Assembly (NCBI GenBank): GCA_034520965.1
Contig: JAXHMY010000003.1
Coordinates: forward strand, 192,001 to 256,000
Reading direction: 5' to 3'
Source: Spirochaetia bacterium
Lineage (GTDB): Bacteria > Spirochaetota > Spirochaetia > DSM-16054 > Sediminispirochaetaceae
DNA: 64,000 nucleotides
Below the pieces are notes generated by a model. That model saw only the letters and a list, made by a program, of their open reading frames with translations, was not told the origin of the DNA and made no database searches. Shown one piece after another: positions 51,942 to 61,037 of the stretch; position 1 is the first letter of the stretch; each line of letters begins with the position of its first letter. A program made the translations under genes and the position numbers.

Positions 51942-51995
51942 GTGGCCTCCTTACGGACGTTTTGATCCACCCTACGGGCGGATAAAGAGGTGGTC
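51942..51995 (-). promoter_or_regulatory. S6:S18 ribosomal leader (autoregulatory RNA)
   Basis: Anti-SD CCTCTT, inner hairpin ATCCGCCC/GGGTGGAT, and CCG just before TAAGGAGG; promoter TTGACA-17-TAGTTT at 52026-51998. Confidence 0.7.
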
Positions 51996-52057
51996 AAAAA
52001 CTATCATAAGCACTAATCTGTGTCAAGTAACAGAACATTTAGACCGACATACTGTAT

Positions 52058-52504
52058 ATGGGACACTGGGTACATTACGAGGACGATATTTTCTTTCTGA
52101 ATGAGAAAATCCGCCTATTGGCGCGCGATCTCAAGCTTCATCTTGATACCGCCTATTTTGCGGAGCACGTGCATCAAGAGCTGATATTTTTTGAGAATAT
52201 GCTCTCCCAATTCTACCGCTCTTTAACCGCAAACCAGGAAATCTTAGAGCGTCCGCGAAACCTCAGGTTTCTCAATAAAACCAAACGTTTGTACTGCAAC
52301 CTGCTGGATGGAATAACCTCCGGCCATACTGCCCCCCACCTTGACCTTTCCTCCCATTTTAATGAGTATAATAATGCACAAATTCAGCAGGAAGAGGAAA
52401 TCTTGAAAATCCGAAGGCTGCTAAATGAAATTATTATGCGGGAAGAACCGGAGGAACTGATCAGCTCTGAAGAGTACAAGTTTTTATTTGACGATCAACT
52501 CTAA
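52058..52504 (+). CDS. Hypothetical helical protein
   Basis: 148-aa ORF; possible sigma28-like CAAG-N15-ACCGACAT at 52024-52050. Confidence 0.7.
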   Translation: MGHWVHYEDDIFFLNEKIRLLARDLKLHLDTAYFAEHVHQELIFFENMLSQFYRSLTANQEILERPRNLRFLNKTKRLYCNLLDGITSGHTAPHLDLSSHFNEYNNAQIQQEEEILKIRRLLNEIIMREEPEELISSEEYKFLFDDQL

Positions 52505-52531
52505 GCAACAACACATAATGGGAGGCCCCCT

Positions 52532-54076
52532 TTGAATACCACTACTCTCAATCCACCTATCGAGGAAGAGTTCGGGCGCACACATATCAACCGCTCTCTT
52601 ACTCTCACTATTCTTGACCGCTTTAACAGAGGAGAGTTTGATCACTTTAAACCGATTCAAGTAGAAAGCCTGCCTCGAGTAGACGGCCGGCAGATCATCG
52701 ATATGACCAAGCCGGCTGAATACAAAACCAATTTAGAGGATTACCGAAAAACTATAGGTGAATTACTCCCCGAGGTTTCCGTTCATACATATGGTACCTC
52801 CGAGGCAGGTCGTATACATTTGACTTCTCAAGATCTATATGAGATTGGAATGCAGCTGATGCCCAAGGTTGCCTACGGAATTCTTAACGGGGGTTCGGCT
52901 ACCAGCTACGTTGACGAGAAGAAAAACCGTTCTTTTTCAAACACACTTTTTCATATTACAGCCCCGGTATTTAAGAAGGCCTCCACAGTTTCGCGGGATA
53001 AACCAAAAGGAATTACCCCCGCCTTTATCAACCCGGATGGAACACCCGGGCCAAGCTTCCTTGAATTAAAAATCAGAGCCCTGCTTATCCAGTCGCTGCG
53101 TTATCGCCGTCAATTTGCAGCAGATAGAAATATACAGGGTATTCTCCCCATTTTTCAAATGACCAGCATCTATACGGATTCAAAGGTTACTGAGGCCCTG
53201 CAGGAGTACCGGAGCAGCCCCTATATTGAAACTCTTCTCAATGACCTGAACCCTGCAACTCTCCACCCGTATACCGCCGTCCAACCGCTGATAGCGGCAT
53301 ATACCCACAGCTCGGAGGGACGTCCTAAGGGCTTGTTCACAGAGGCCTGGGGTAAGCCGAACAGCCTGCTGCCGCTTCCCGGCGGACATGGACAGAACTT
53401 TTCAGTTCTCGCACACATTTACCGTGATCTGTACGCCCAGGGTTACAGGTACGCTTATTTGGGAAATATAGATAATCTCGGCAATACCGTTGACCCAACA
53501 AGTATCGCCCTGTTGGCCCTCAGCGGAAAACAGGGTGCCTTTGAGTTCTCCTTTAAAACGCCTGTTGATGTGAAGGGGGGAATACTGGTTAGAAATGAAG
53601 CTGGCAGATTGAATGCCGCCGATATAGGGCCGGCTATATCAGAAGAAGAGCTCCAGCAGGCGGAACAGTCCGGGGCCCCCATTCTGTTTAACTGTGCAAG
53701 CGGAATTTTCGACCTGAAGTATCTGGACGAGCAGCTTGAATATATTTCTACAGAACTCCCTACCCGCTTCTCGGATCAGGACAAGGACGCCGGCCGTTAC
53801 TCCCAGGCCGAACAAATTACCTGGGAAATAATCGGTATGATGGATCGACCGTTGATTTTTGGAGTTCACAAATACGACCGCTTTCTCGCATCGAAATTAC
53901 TAATAGAAAACCTGATGACCAGCGGTATTGGTTTAGACGATCCGGCATACCCACCGGAACTTCATCCCATTGCGAGTAATTTACATAATGGGCTCAAACG
54001 AGCATTGGAAGGGCCCTACGGACTAAAACTTGATCAAAACCGCTGGCTTCCCAAAGCACCGGAGGAGATAGTATGA
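52532..54076 (+). CDS. UTP-glucose-1-phosphate uridylyltransferase, UDPGP (eukaryote-type) family
   Basis: [42 protein letters not shown] with TTG start. Confidence 0.8.
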   Translation: MNTTTLNPPIEEEFGRTHINRSLTLTILDRFNRGEFDHFKPIQVESLPRVDGRQIIDMTKPAEYKTNLEDYRKTIGELLPEVSVHTYGTSEAGRIHLTSQDLYEIGMQLMPKVAYGILNGGSATSYVDEKKNRSFSNTLFHITAPVFKKASTVSRDKPKGITPAFINPDGTPGPSFLELKIRALLIQSLRYRRQFAADRNIQGILPIFQMTSIYTDSKVTEALQEYRSSPYIETLLNDLNPATLHPYTAVQPLIAAYTHSSEGRPKGLFTEAWGKPNSLLPLPGGHGQNFSVLAHIYRDLYAQGYRYAYLGNIDNLGNTVDPTSIALLALSGKQGAFEFSFKTPVDVKGGILVRNEAGRLNAADIGPAISEEELQQAEQSGAPILFNCASGIFDLKYLDEQLEYISTELPTRFSDQDKDAGRYSQAEQITWEIIGMMDRPLIFGVHKYDRFLASKLLIENLMTSGIGLDDPAYPPELHPIASNLHNGLKRALEGPYGLKLDQNRWLPKAPEEIV

Positions 54077-54423
54077 ACCCCGAAACAGAACATGAGAACT
54101 TCCTTGAGAGTGTAGATTTTTCTAAGCTGAACGGGCTGGTTCCCGTGGTAACCCAGGATGCCGAGAACGGTGAGGTTTTGATGCTGGCCTTTGCCGACTA
54201 TGAAGCGGTAAAGGCTACGCTGGAAACCGGCTACGCCCATTACCACAGCCGCAGCCGCAGCAGTCTTTGGAAAAAAGGGGCGACCTCTGGTCACCTTCAA
54301 AAGATAGTTGAAATTCGAATAGATTGCGATGACGATACCTTACTGTACAGGGTGCAACAGACCGGGCCGGCCTGTCACACCGGAAATCGCAGCTGCTTCT
54401 ATCGCTCTGTATATCGACCTTAA
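54073..54423 (+). CDS. hisI: Phosphoribosyl-AMP cyclohydrolase
   Basis: [29 protein letters not shown]. Confidence 0.95.
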   Translation: MNPETEHENFLESVDFSKLNGLVPVVTQDAENGEVLMLAFADYEAVKATLETGYAHYHSRSRSSLWKKGATSGHLQKIVEIRIDCDDDTLLYRVQQTGPACHTGNRSCFYRSVYRP

Positions 54424-54453
54424 TACCGCTCTGTATATCGTTCTAAAAACATC

Positions 54454-56397
54454 CTAAGAGACAGCAGGCTTGACGATACTAAAGGAGCTTGATATTTGTT
54501 GTTTTAAGGTTTTGGCAATTGAGACTCGGTCTAGCTTGCATTCTTCAATTAACTGCCCTCGACTTGCCTGGGGCAGAAATTTATCGGGGACTCCCGACCA
54601 CCGAAACTGAACCGGCAAGCCCTTACGTAGCAGCATACCGGCAACATACTCACCAATACCGCCCATTACAGCCCCGTCTTCTACCATATACACCTGGGAG
54701 TATCTCGAAATAATTTCCGTCAGATACTCCTCGTCAATTGGCTTTATAAAACGAAGGTTGTACAGATCGACCCCTATTCCGTTCTCCGCACTAATCCGCA
54801 CAGCTTCCTGGGCTTCCTGGAACAGTCCTCCAACCGATATCAACAGGGCATCTGCTCCGTTCTGTTGAGCCATCACTCCGCGACCGAGGGTGATCTCTGT
54901 ATTCAAAAGACCCCGTGTATCGGGGCATGCGGACTTTGGATAGCGCAGCATTGCCGGTGCGTCCCGCTGAAGGGCCCAATCCAGCATCATATCAACCTCA
55001 TTCGCATCACCCGGAGCCAGAAATGTAAGCCCCGGTACACTACGAAAGAGGGGTATATCGTAGAGCCCCTGGTGGGTCTCTCCATCACCTCCTACCAAAC
55101 CGGATCGGTCCATTGCAAACACAACCGGTAAACCAGGTAGTGCTACATCGTGGATCACCTGATCCACCGCCCGCTGCATAAAGGTAGAATAGATAGCGGT
55201 AACCGGTTTTAGTCCGGAAATAGCCATTCCGGCCGAATAGGTAACCGCATGCTGTTCAGCAATTCCCACATCATAAAAGCGATCGGGAAAATGTTCTTTA
55301 AAATAGGATAAGCCGGTACCATCCGCCATGGCGGCGGTTACACCTACAATCCGCTCGTCCTTATCCGCCTGTTTTGTCAGGCTTCCGGCCAGGGCTTCGG
55401 TAAAGCTGACAGAAGGCTTTTTCTCCAGTTTCCCATCGGCCTGAGTAAGGGGAGAGACGCCATGATAGCGGGAGGGATAGCTTTCGGCTAACTCGTACCC
55501 CTTCCCTTTTTGAGTTACCACGTGCAGTAATACCGGCTTTTTAAGCCGTCGCGCATTTTTGAGCGCCTGCCCAAGCCGTGAAAATGAGTGACCGTCAACC
55601 GGTCCAATATACTCAAAACCCAATTCACTAAAAAGAGTCTCCCCCAGAAAGGCCGCTTTGACCGCTCGCTTGAAACGAACAAACAGTTCATACAGCTTGT
55701 AGCCTAAAATGGGAATTCCCTGAATTCCGCGGTCCAGTTTCTCACGCATGTACTGATAGGCGGGTGTTGTAGTGAGTTGACTCACATAGTTAGATAGCTT
55801 GCTCAGGTTTGAGTTCAGAGAAAGTCCGCCGACATTCGGACTGATGGACATATTGTTATCATTAAAAATTATTATAAGATCTTTGCCGAGGTGACCCGCG
55901 TAATTCAAGCCCTCATAGGCCATCCCTCCGGTCAGGGCTCCATCGCCCACCACCACAATAACCTTACCGTCGTCATGGAGCACACGTTTTCCTTCAAGTG
56001 CCCCTATACCGGCGGATATCGAGGTTGAAGCGTGCCCGGTCTCCAGCAAATCGTGAATGCTTTCAGTCCGCTTCGGAAAACCTGAGAGCCCCCCTTGCTG
56101 CCTGATAGTAGAAAACTTATCATTACGCCCGGTAAGCAGCTTATGGGTATAACATTGATGGCCCACATCCCAGAAGAACATATCATGGGGAGAGTTGAAT
56201 TCTCTGTGCATAGCAATAGTTAGTTCAACCACGCCGAGGTTCGAGGCCAAATGCCCGCCGTTTTCCAACACTACACTGATTATGCGCTTACGTATTTGCT
56301 GCGCTAATTGAGGTAGCCTATCTCTGTCCAGCAGTTTCAATTCTTCCGGCGAGCTCACAAAAGACAAAAGGTCTTCTTTGTTTTCATTTATATCCAT
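54454..56397 (-). CDS. dxs: 1-deoxy-D-xylulose-5-phosphate synthase
   Basis: GGHLASNLG, WDVGHQCY, GDGALTGG, DVGIAEQHA; start set at MDINE (SD AAGGA). Confidence 0.97.
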   Translation of the reverse strand: MDINENKEDLLSFVSSPEELKLLDRDRLPQLAQQIRKRIISVVLENGGHLASNLGVVELTIAMHREFNSPHDMFFWDVGHQCYTHKLLTGRNDKFSTIRQQGGLSGFPKRTESIHDLLETGHASTSISAGIGALEGKRVLHDDGKVIVVVGDGALTGGMAYEGLNYAGHLGKDLIIIFNDNNMSISPNVGGLSLNSNLSKLSNYVSQLTTTPAYQYMREKLDRGIQGIPILGYKLYELFVRFKRAVKAAFLGETLFSELGFEYIGPVDGHSFSRLGQALKNARRLKKPVLLHVVTQKGKGYELAESYPSRYHGVSPLTQADGKLEKKPSVSFTEALAGSLTKQADKDERIVGVTAAMADGTGLSYFKEHFPDRFYDVGIAEQHAVTYSAGMAISGLKPVTAIYSTFMQRAVDQVIHDVALPGLPVVFAMDRSGLVGGDGETHQGLYDIPLFRSVPGLTFLAPGDANEVDMMLDWALQRDAPAMLRYPKSACPDTRGLLNTEITLGRGVMAQQNGADALLISVGGLFQEAQEAVRISAENGIGVDLYNLRFIKPIDEEYLTEIISRYSQVYMVEDGAVMGGIGEYVAGMLLRKGLPVQFRWSGVPDKFLPQASRGQLIEECKLDRVSIAKTLKQQISSSFSIVKPAVS

Positions 56398-56407
56398 AAG
56401 AACATCC

Positions 56408-56479
56408 TTAATAAAGTTTCGTATACCGCTGTGCGGCAACCGAAACAATGAAAATTGCTTTCAGCAATTTTCTTATTAG
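56408..56479. repeat. Two-hairpin repeat family B, copy 2 (just upstream of dxs)
   Basis: First 31 nt 26/31 identical to 6211-6241; second stem GAAAATTGCT-TTC-AGCAATTTTC. Confidence 0.75.
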
Positions 56480-56531
56480 TACCAATTAAATATAAGGCAT
56501 TATTTTCAAAAATCAATTTGTATAGAAAAAA

Positions 56532-57332
56532 TTATTCCGTTGGTCTAAAAAGAGTAGAGATGAACCTATTGAAAAACTGCAGCAACAGTTCCTGCTGTTT
56601 TTCTGGGGTAAGCGATAAGGTTGAGCCGGCCGTGGCTGTATTTGACTGTTCTTCTGCAGACTGCTGTTCAAGTGTCTGTTCTAGGTTGTCCGCCTCGGGT
56701 GTTGCCGTGGCGAGAGGGGCAGGAGGTTCAGCAGGCTCCGGTTCAGACCGGTTTATATCTTCGACTGTCAAAAACTCCGAGGGCTCCAAGCCGGGGCTGG
56801 TATATTCCAGAACCGCATTGTAAAGGTCTTCGAATTGCAAGACTCCCTGTGAATTTACCGACTCTGCACTCGCCAACCCGCTTATCCGTACAGTTTCAGT
56901 ATTTCCATTTATGGTAACGCTTCGCTGACCTTCAATATTCAACAAACCGTTCTGATCGCGCTCCACTATTCGCACAGGTATTTTAGTTTCAAGTGCATAG
57001 GTACTATCTTCTTCAACCTCGCGCACCGTACTCGAGGAACCTTCCGGTAGAAAAGAGAAGAGAGCCTTCCCTTCTCCTCCGGTAAAACTGAGTTTTCCTT
57101 CCTGTGAATCTACATGGGATGCGCTAAGGGTGAGAGTAGTAGTAGAGTTTATGCCGACAGCAATAATATCGCCGACCTTTAAGGCAGCTCCATCGGCTAT
57201 GTAACCCTTAAAATTTTGGTCCCATAAAGTTTCCCCGTAAAGGGTGAAAGACAGAAATAACAGTGCCGCTGCAAATGCGGCACTTTTTAATGAATACTTA
57301 TATTCCCTGCCTGTACTTATGGGAAACCTCAT
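56532..57332 (-). CDS. FlgH (flagellar L-ring)-like exported protein with acidic C-terminal extension
   Basis: TLW..A.KVGDII.V.I...IVERDQNGLLNIEGQRSVTINGNTETVRISG matches the FlgH pattern; no cysteine or lipobox. Confidence 0.7.
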   Translation of the reverse strand: MRFPISTGREYKYSLKSAAFAAALLFLSFTLYGETLWDQNFKGYIADGAALKVGDIIAVGINSTTTLTLSASHVDSQEGKLSFTGGEGKALFSFLPEGSSSTVREVEEDSTYALETKIPVRIVERDQNGLLNIEGQRSVTINGNTETVRISGLASAESVNSQGVLQFEDLYNAVLEYTSPGLEPSEFLTVEDINRSEPEPAEPPAPLATATPEADNLEQTLEQQSAEEQSNTATAGSTLSLTPEKQQELLLQFFNRFISTLFRPTE

Positions 57333-57333
57333 A

Positions 57334-57423
57334 CTATTTCTTCTTGTGTCGATTTTTCCTTAGCTTTTTCTTACGTTTGTGTGTAGCAATTTTATGGCGT
57401 TTCTTCTTTTTTCCGCAAGGCAC
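57334..57423 (-). CDS. Small ribosomal protein bS22 (AURKAIP1/COX24 domain), absent from the ORF track
   Basis: GTG start with AAGGAG SD; MPCGKKKKRHKIATHKRKKKLRKNRHKKK*. Confidence 0.9.
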   Translation of the reverse strand: MPCGKKKKRHKIATHKRKKKLRKNRHKKK

Positions 57424-57543
57424 AGCAGATCTCCTTCTGTTTCAAGGCGTTTTTATCAGTTTACAACTGGATATTACATCATTAGTACGCAACTATGCGT
57501 AATACGAGTATGCCCTGTTTTAGCCTCTTAAGTCAAGTAGGTA

Positions 57544-57591
57544 CAGCAATTCCAACGTATGCACCTTCCGCGCAACCACATTTATAGTGCT
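57544..57591. repeat. Degenerate solo MITE terminal module
   Basis: CAGCAATTCCAACGT-N19-ACATTTATAGTGCT, with the same loop length as the 23452 hairpin. Confidence 0.4.
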
Positions 57592-57619
57592 TGAGCTTGA
57601 ATATCAACAATAGTATAGT
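57591..57619 (+). promoter_or_regulatory. Sigma70 promoter, leaderless-type
   Basis: TTGAGC-17-TATAGT, 7 nt to ATG 57627. Confidence 0.55.
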
Positions 57620-57626
57620 AGTATTA

Positions 57627-58583
57627 ATGAAAAAGCAGAGGAATGAAATCCAGCTGTACTCGACCGATGATAAAATTAACCGTATCATCAATCAGGAACA
57701 CCTATCTCAAAAGAACCAGTTCTCTCTGCACTTTACCTCAAATGAAGATTTTTTCATAAAGTTACCCCAGCCTATCCAGTTTCCGGGCTTTCCGATTCAC
57801 CATAACATTTCAGAAACAACCCCTTCAGCAGTTTACAAACAGGCATTAGAGACCTTTATGCAGACTGCGGTTGCACAAACCCCCCAAATATTCAACGGTC
57901 TTACCTATTTCTTTGATCCTTCGGATATCCATCGGCCTGGTTTCTTTCATCTTTACCGTGTAAAGGACCAACTATTTCTATATCTGCTGAGAGTGGATCT
58001 AAATTTTCGCACCCATTACGGAGAGATCATAAGCAAGGGCGGGAACGATTCAACCCACACTTACCGAAGCAGTGCGCTCTTCCTGGAAAACGACATCATT
58101 CCGCTGTCTTCTTTGGGAGAAGCAGAACATCGGGTACACTCGTTCTTTATTGAACAACACCTCTCGGACACCTGGATTGGTGAATACGGAAAAGGCTATT
58201 TCGTTCAGGGTATCTGGATTGACAGGGAACTTACAAAGTTTTTTTCAAAGCTTTTCCTCCCTGAGCACAAACGAACCTATCCCTATTATCCCTTTCCCTG
58301 CAAATACCAGACTATTTGCCATTCCGTACTCGACTTTTCACCGGAGGGGCGGACAAAACACCTGAAGTTGCTGTACCAGGCGCGAGCCTTCCTGCAGCCC
58401 CATTTCGAGGACATTCAGCAGACCCTCACACAAAATGATTTTTCCGAGGAACTGCCCCTGTTTCGAAAGCTCAAACAGAAAATTTCAAACCGTTGGCAAG
58501 ACGTATGGACCCCCCTTAAAATCAGTACCTACTTGAATGAGCAGGATATGAAGGAGTTTCAGATTGATTTCTACCCTGAATGA
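57627..58583 (+). CDS. Conserved hypothetical protein upstream of murD
   Basis: 318-aa ORF from MKKQRNE, overlapping the murD start. Confidence 0.7.
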   Translation: MKKQRNEIQLYSTDDKINRIINQEHLSQKNQFSLHFTSNEDFFIKLPQPIQFPGFPIHHNISETTPSAVYKQALETFMQTAVAQTPQIFNGLTYFFDPSDIHRPGFFHLYRVKDQLFLYLLRVDLNFRTHYGEIISKGGNDSTHTYRSSALFLENDIIPLSSLGEAEHRVHSFFIEQHLSDTWIGEYGKGYFVQGIWIDRELTKFFSKLFLPEHKRTYPYYPFPCKYQTICHSVLDFSPEGRTKHLKLLYQARAFLQPHFEDIQQTLTQNDFSEELPLFRKLKQKISNRWQDVWTPLKISTYLNEQDMKEFQIDFYPE

Positions 58584-59961
58584 TATTCACGGTTTAAAAA
58601 CAACCATTATGGGCCTAGGTTTGCACGGTGGAGGCATTGCCTCCGCCCGTTTTTTTGCAGAACACGGGGCCCATGTTACGGTAACAGACCTGCGGGATGA
58701 ACAAACCCTCTCACCCAGCCTGGAAAAGCTTGCGGATCTTCCAATAAGGTACATCCTGGGGCGGCATGAGAATGAAGATTTCACAACGGCCGACCTGGTG
58801 ATAAAAAACCCCGCGGTACCCCGTAAATCCAAGTATCTGCAGCTCGCCCGTCAGGTCGAAACAGATATATCCGTTTTTTTACGATTGAACAAGCGGCCCC
58901 TAATTGCCGTTACCGGAAGCAAGGGAAAATCTACCACCGTGTCGGCCCTGCATCAAATAATGAAAGCAGCCGACCCTCGGGTACTTCTGGGCGGTAATAT
59001 TACCGTCTCGCCGCTTACCTTTCTCGAGGAGTGTCTCTCCCCCTCGATCAGTCCGGTTATCCTTGAACTCTCTTCGTGGCAGCTGGCCGACATCCAGCCC
59101 ATTACACTGCTGCAGCCCCGCATAGCCGTAATAACTAACATTTTGGCCGACCATCAGAACAGTTACGAGAATATGCAGGAGTACGCCGCGGATAAAGCCC
59201 GGATTTTCGCTGGTCAGGACGCACAATCCCCCAGTATCTGCTTTTTTGATGATTCCTATGGCCCGTGGTTTGCAGAGAACACGCCCGGACAGCCGATGTT
59301 TTATTCTGCAAAACCCCTGCCAGAAAAAATGGGAAACGGGGCTTTCCTGGAGGCAGGAAAGGGATATTACCGGGCTAATAATAAGCTGCATGAGATAATC
59401 CCGGAGCACGTAAACGTTGCCGGTGTACATAACCGCTTAAACTTGCTGGTGGCAGCTTTAATTGCTACTCTTCAGGGAGTGCCGACAAAAATAATCCACC
59501 GTGAAGGGGCAGCTTTTACCGGAATCGAGCATCGTATGGAGCTGGTGGGAGTAATAGGCGGGGTACGCTGGTACAACGACAGTGCAGCCACCATACCGGA
59601 TGCCACTGCAGCGGGGCTGCAAAGTTTAAAAGGCAAAATACATCTGATTGCCGGGGGAACCGATAAACAGCTCGACTTCTCACCGCTGAATGCAGCCTGG
59701 AGCCTCGCTGCATCAGTCCACCTTTTGAAGGGAAGTGCGAGTGATCATATGCAGAAAGCGTTAACGCAACAGCACGTGCCCTTCTCGGGCCCCTTCGACA
59801 ATCTGCGCAGTGCGGTTCTCTCTGCCCGCTCAGCAGCATCCCCCGGCGACGCAGTACTCTTCTCGCCCGGCAGCACCTCCTTCGGAATGTTCTTAAATGA
59901 GTTCGACCGCGGACGGGTTTTTAAAGCGCTGCTTGAGGAGTTGAAAGAGTTGAAGGAGTAA
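58564..59961 (+). CDS. murD: UDP-MurNAc-L-Ala:D-Glu ligase
   Basis: GLGLHGGG, TGSKGKST, ELSSWQL, HRME, NDSAAT, SPG..SF. Confidence 0.95.
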   Translation: MISTLNDIHGLKTTIMGLGLHGGGIASARFFAEHGAHVTVTDLRDEQTLSPSLEKLADLPIRYILGRHENEDFTTADLVIKNPAVPRKSKYLQLARQVETDISVFLRLNKRPLIAVTGSKGKSTTVSALHQIMKAADPRVLLGGNITVSPLTFLEECLSPSISPVILELSSWQLADIQPITLLQPRIAVITNILADHQNSYENMQEYAADKARIFAGQDAQSPSICFFDDSYGPWFAENTPGQPMFYSAKPLPEKMGNGAFLEAGKGYYRANNKLHEIIPEHVNVAGVHNRLNLLVAALIATLQGVPTKIIHREGAAFTGIEHRMELVGVIGGVRWYNDSAATIPDATAAGLQSLKGKIHLIAGGTDKQLDFSPLNAAWSLAASVHLLKGSASDHMQKALTQQHVPFSGPFDNLRSAVLSARSAASPGDAVLFSPGSTSFGMFLNEFDRGRVFKALLEELKELKE

Positions 59962-59993
59962 AGTGCTCAGGGTGAACTTGATCGGTGACGTAA

Positions 59994-60019
59994 CCGGCGG
60001 GCTCGGCCGGCGCTTTTTT
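59994..60019 (+). terminator. Probable intrinsic terminator after murD
   Basis: CCGGC...GCCGG stem followed by T6. Confidence 0.45.
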
Positions 60020-61028
60020 AGTTTCTTCGCTTTTTCATTTTTTTGTAGTAAAATTTCCGGGCTTTTTCAACCTGTCTAAACAGAGCGTACCTGACGGGCG
60101 TTATCGGCACGTCGTAGGTTCCAGGACGGTGAACTACCCGGCCGCCAAAACCGGTCTTAAACCGGTACAGTCCGTGCATGGGATGCTCGGGGTCATCGGC
60201 GGGGGGTATTCCGAACAGGTCGTATTCTGCACAGCCGGAGTTTTTGGCTAACCTGATCGCTTCCCACTGCACCGCGTAGGAGGCCATCAAATTGCGCTTA
60301 CGGTTAGAGGAAGCTCCGTACATATAGGTAGCCCTCCGACCGTAGATGCCGACAATGATACCGGCCAGCAGCTCCCCCTCATGACGGGCGCTGACCAAGT
60401 TCAGCTGCGGTCCCTCAGTGCCTTGCGCTTGGGATAGTTCTAATAAGCTGTGGTAGTAGTCGTAGCTGTGAATTTCAATCTGGTCCCGTTCGGCTGTTTC
60501 GCGGTAAAGTTCGTACCACTCCTGCAGAAACTCATCCGGTTCCAGCCTGGTTTCCACCCCTTTCCGTGCGGCCAGCCGAATATTGTAGCGCGTTTTGCGC
60601 TTCATAGCCTGCAGCAGCTGTTCCTCCTCAGCTTCAAGGGAGAGAACTACCGTGCTGGGAGGTTGAATATCCATGGCCGCCTTCTGGGCCTTGGGTATTC
60701 CCCACTCTGCTAAACGCAGCGGAAGCTCCCAGGCAATGTCGTAACGGACCGCCAGGGTGCCTGAAGGTAGATACTTCGGCAGTTCCCCCGCCAGCTCTCC
60801 CAGTAATGCTTGCCGCTCTGGAGCTAAGGTCGAGAGGGGATGCGGCACATAGGCCAGCGAAACTCCTCCGGGCAGCCTGCGAAGCAGGACCAGCAGTGGA
60901 TGTCCCTGTACGGAAAAGCTATGCGCCTGCCATCCAAAACGCGATTTGAAGTCCCCCCAGAAGGGGGATTGAAGAAAATTTGAGCCCTTTGGCAGGTTCT
61001 CGGATTCAACCGGTTGAATAACTCCCAT
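60018..61028 (-). CDS. FemAB/FemX-family peptidoglycan aminoacyltransferase
   Basis: FLQS.FWG.FK, KTRYNIR.A.RKGV, YMYGAS, YDLFG, GLYRFKTGFGG. Confidence 0.9.
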   Translation of the reverse strand: MGVIQPVESENLPKGSNFLQSPFWGDFKSRFGWQAHSFSVQGHPLLVLLRRLPGGVSLAYVPHPLSTLAPERQALLGELAGELPKYLPSGTLAVRYDIAWELPLRLAEWGIPKAQKAAMDIQPPSTVVLSLEAEEEQLLQAMKRKTRYNIRLAARKGVETRLEPDEFLQEWYELYRETAERDQIEIHSYDYYHSLLELSQAQGTEGPQLNLVSARHEGELLAGIIVGIYGRRATYMYGASSNRKRNLMASYAVQWEAIRLAKNSGCAEYDLFGIPPADDPEHPMHGLYRFKTGFGGRVVHRPGTYDVPITPVRYALFRQVEKARKFYYKKMKKRRN

Positions 61029-61037
61029 TAAATCGTA

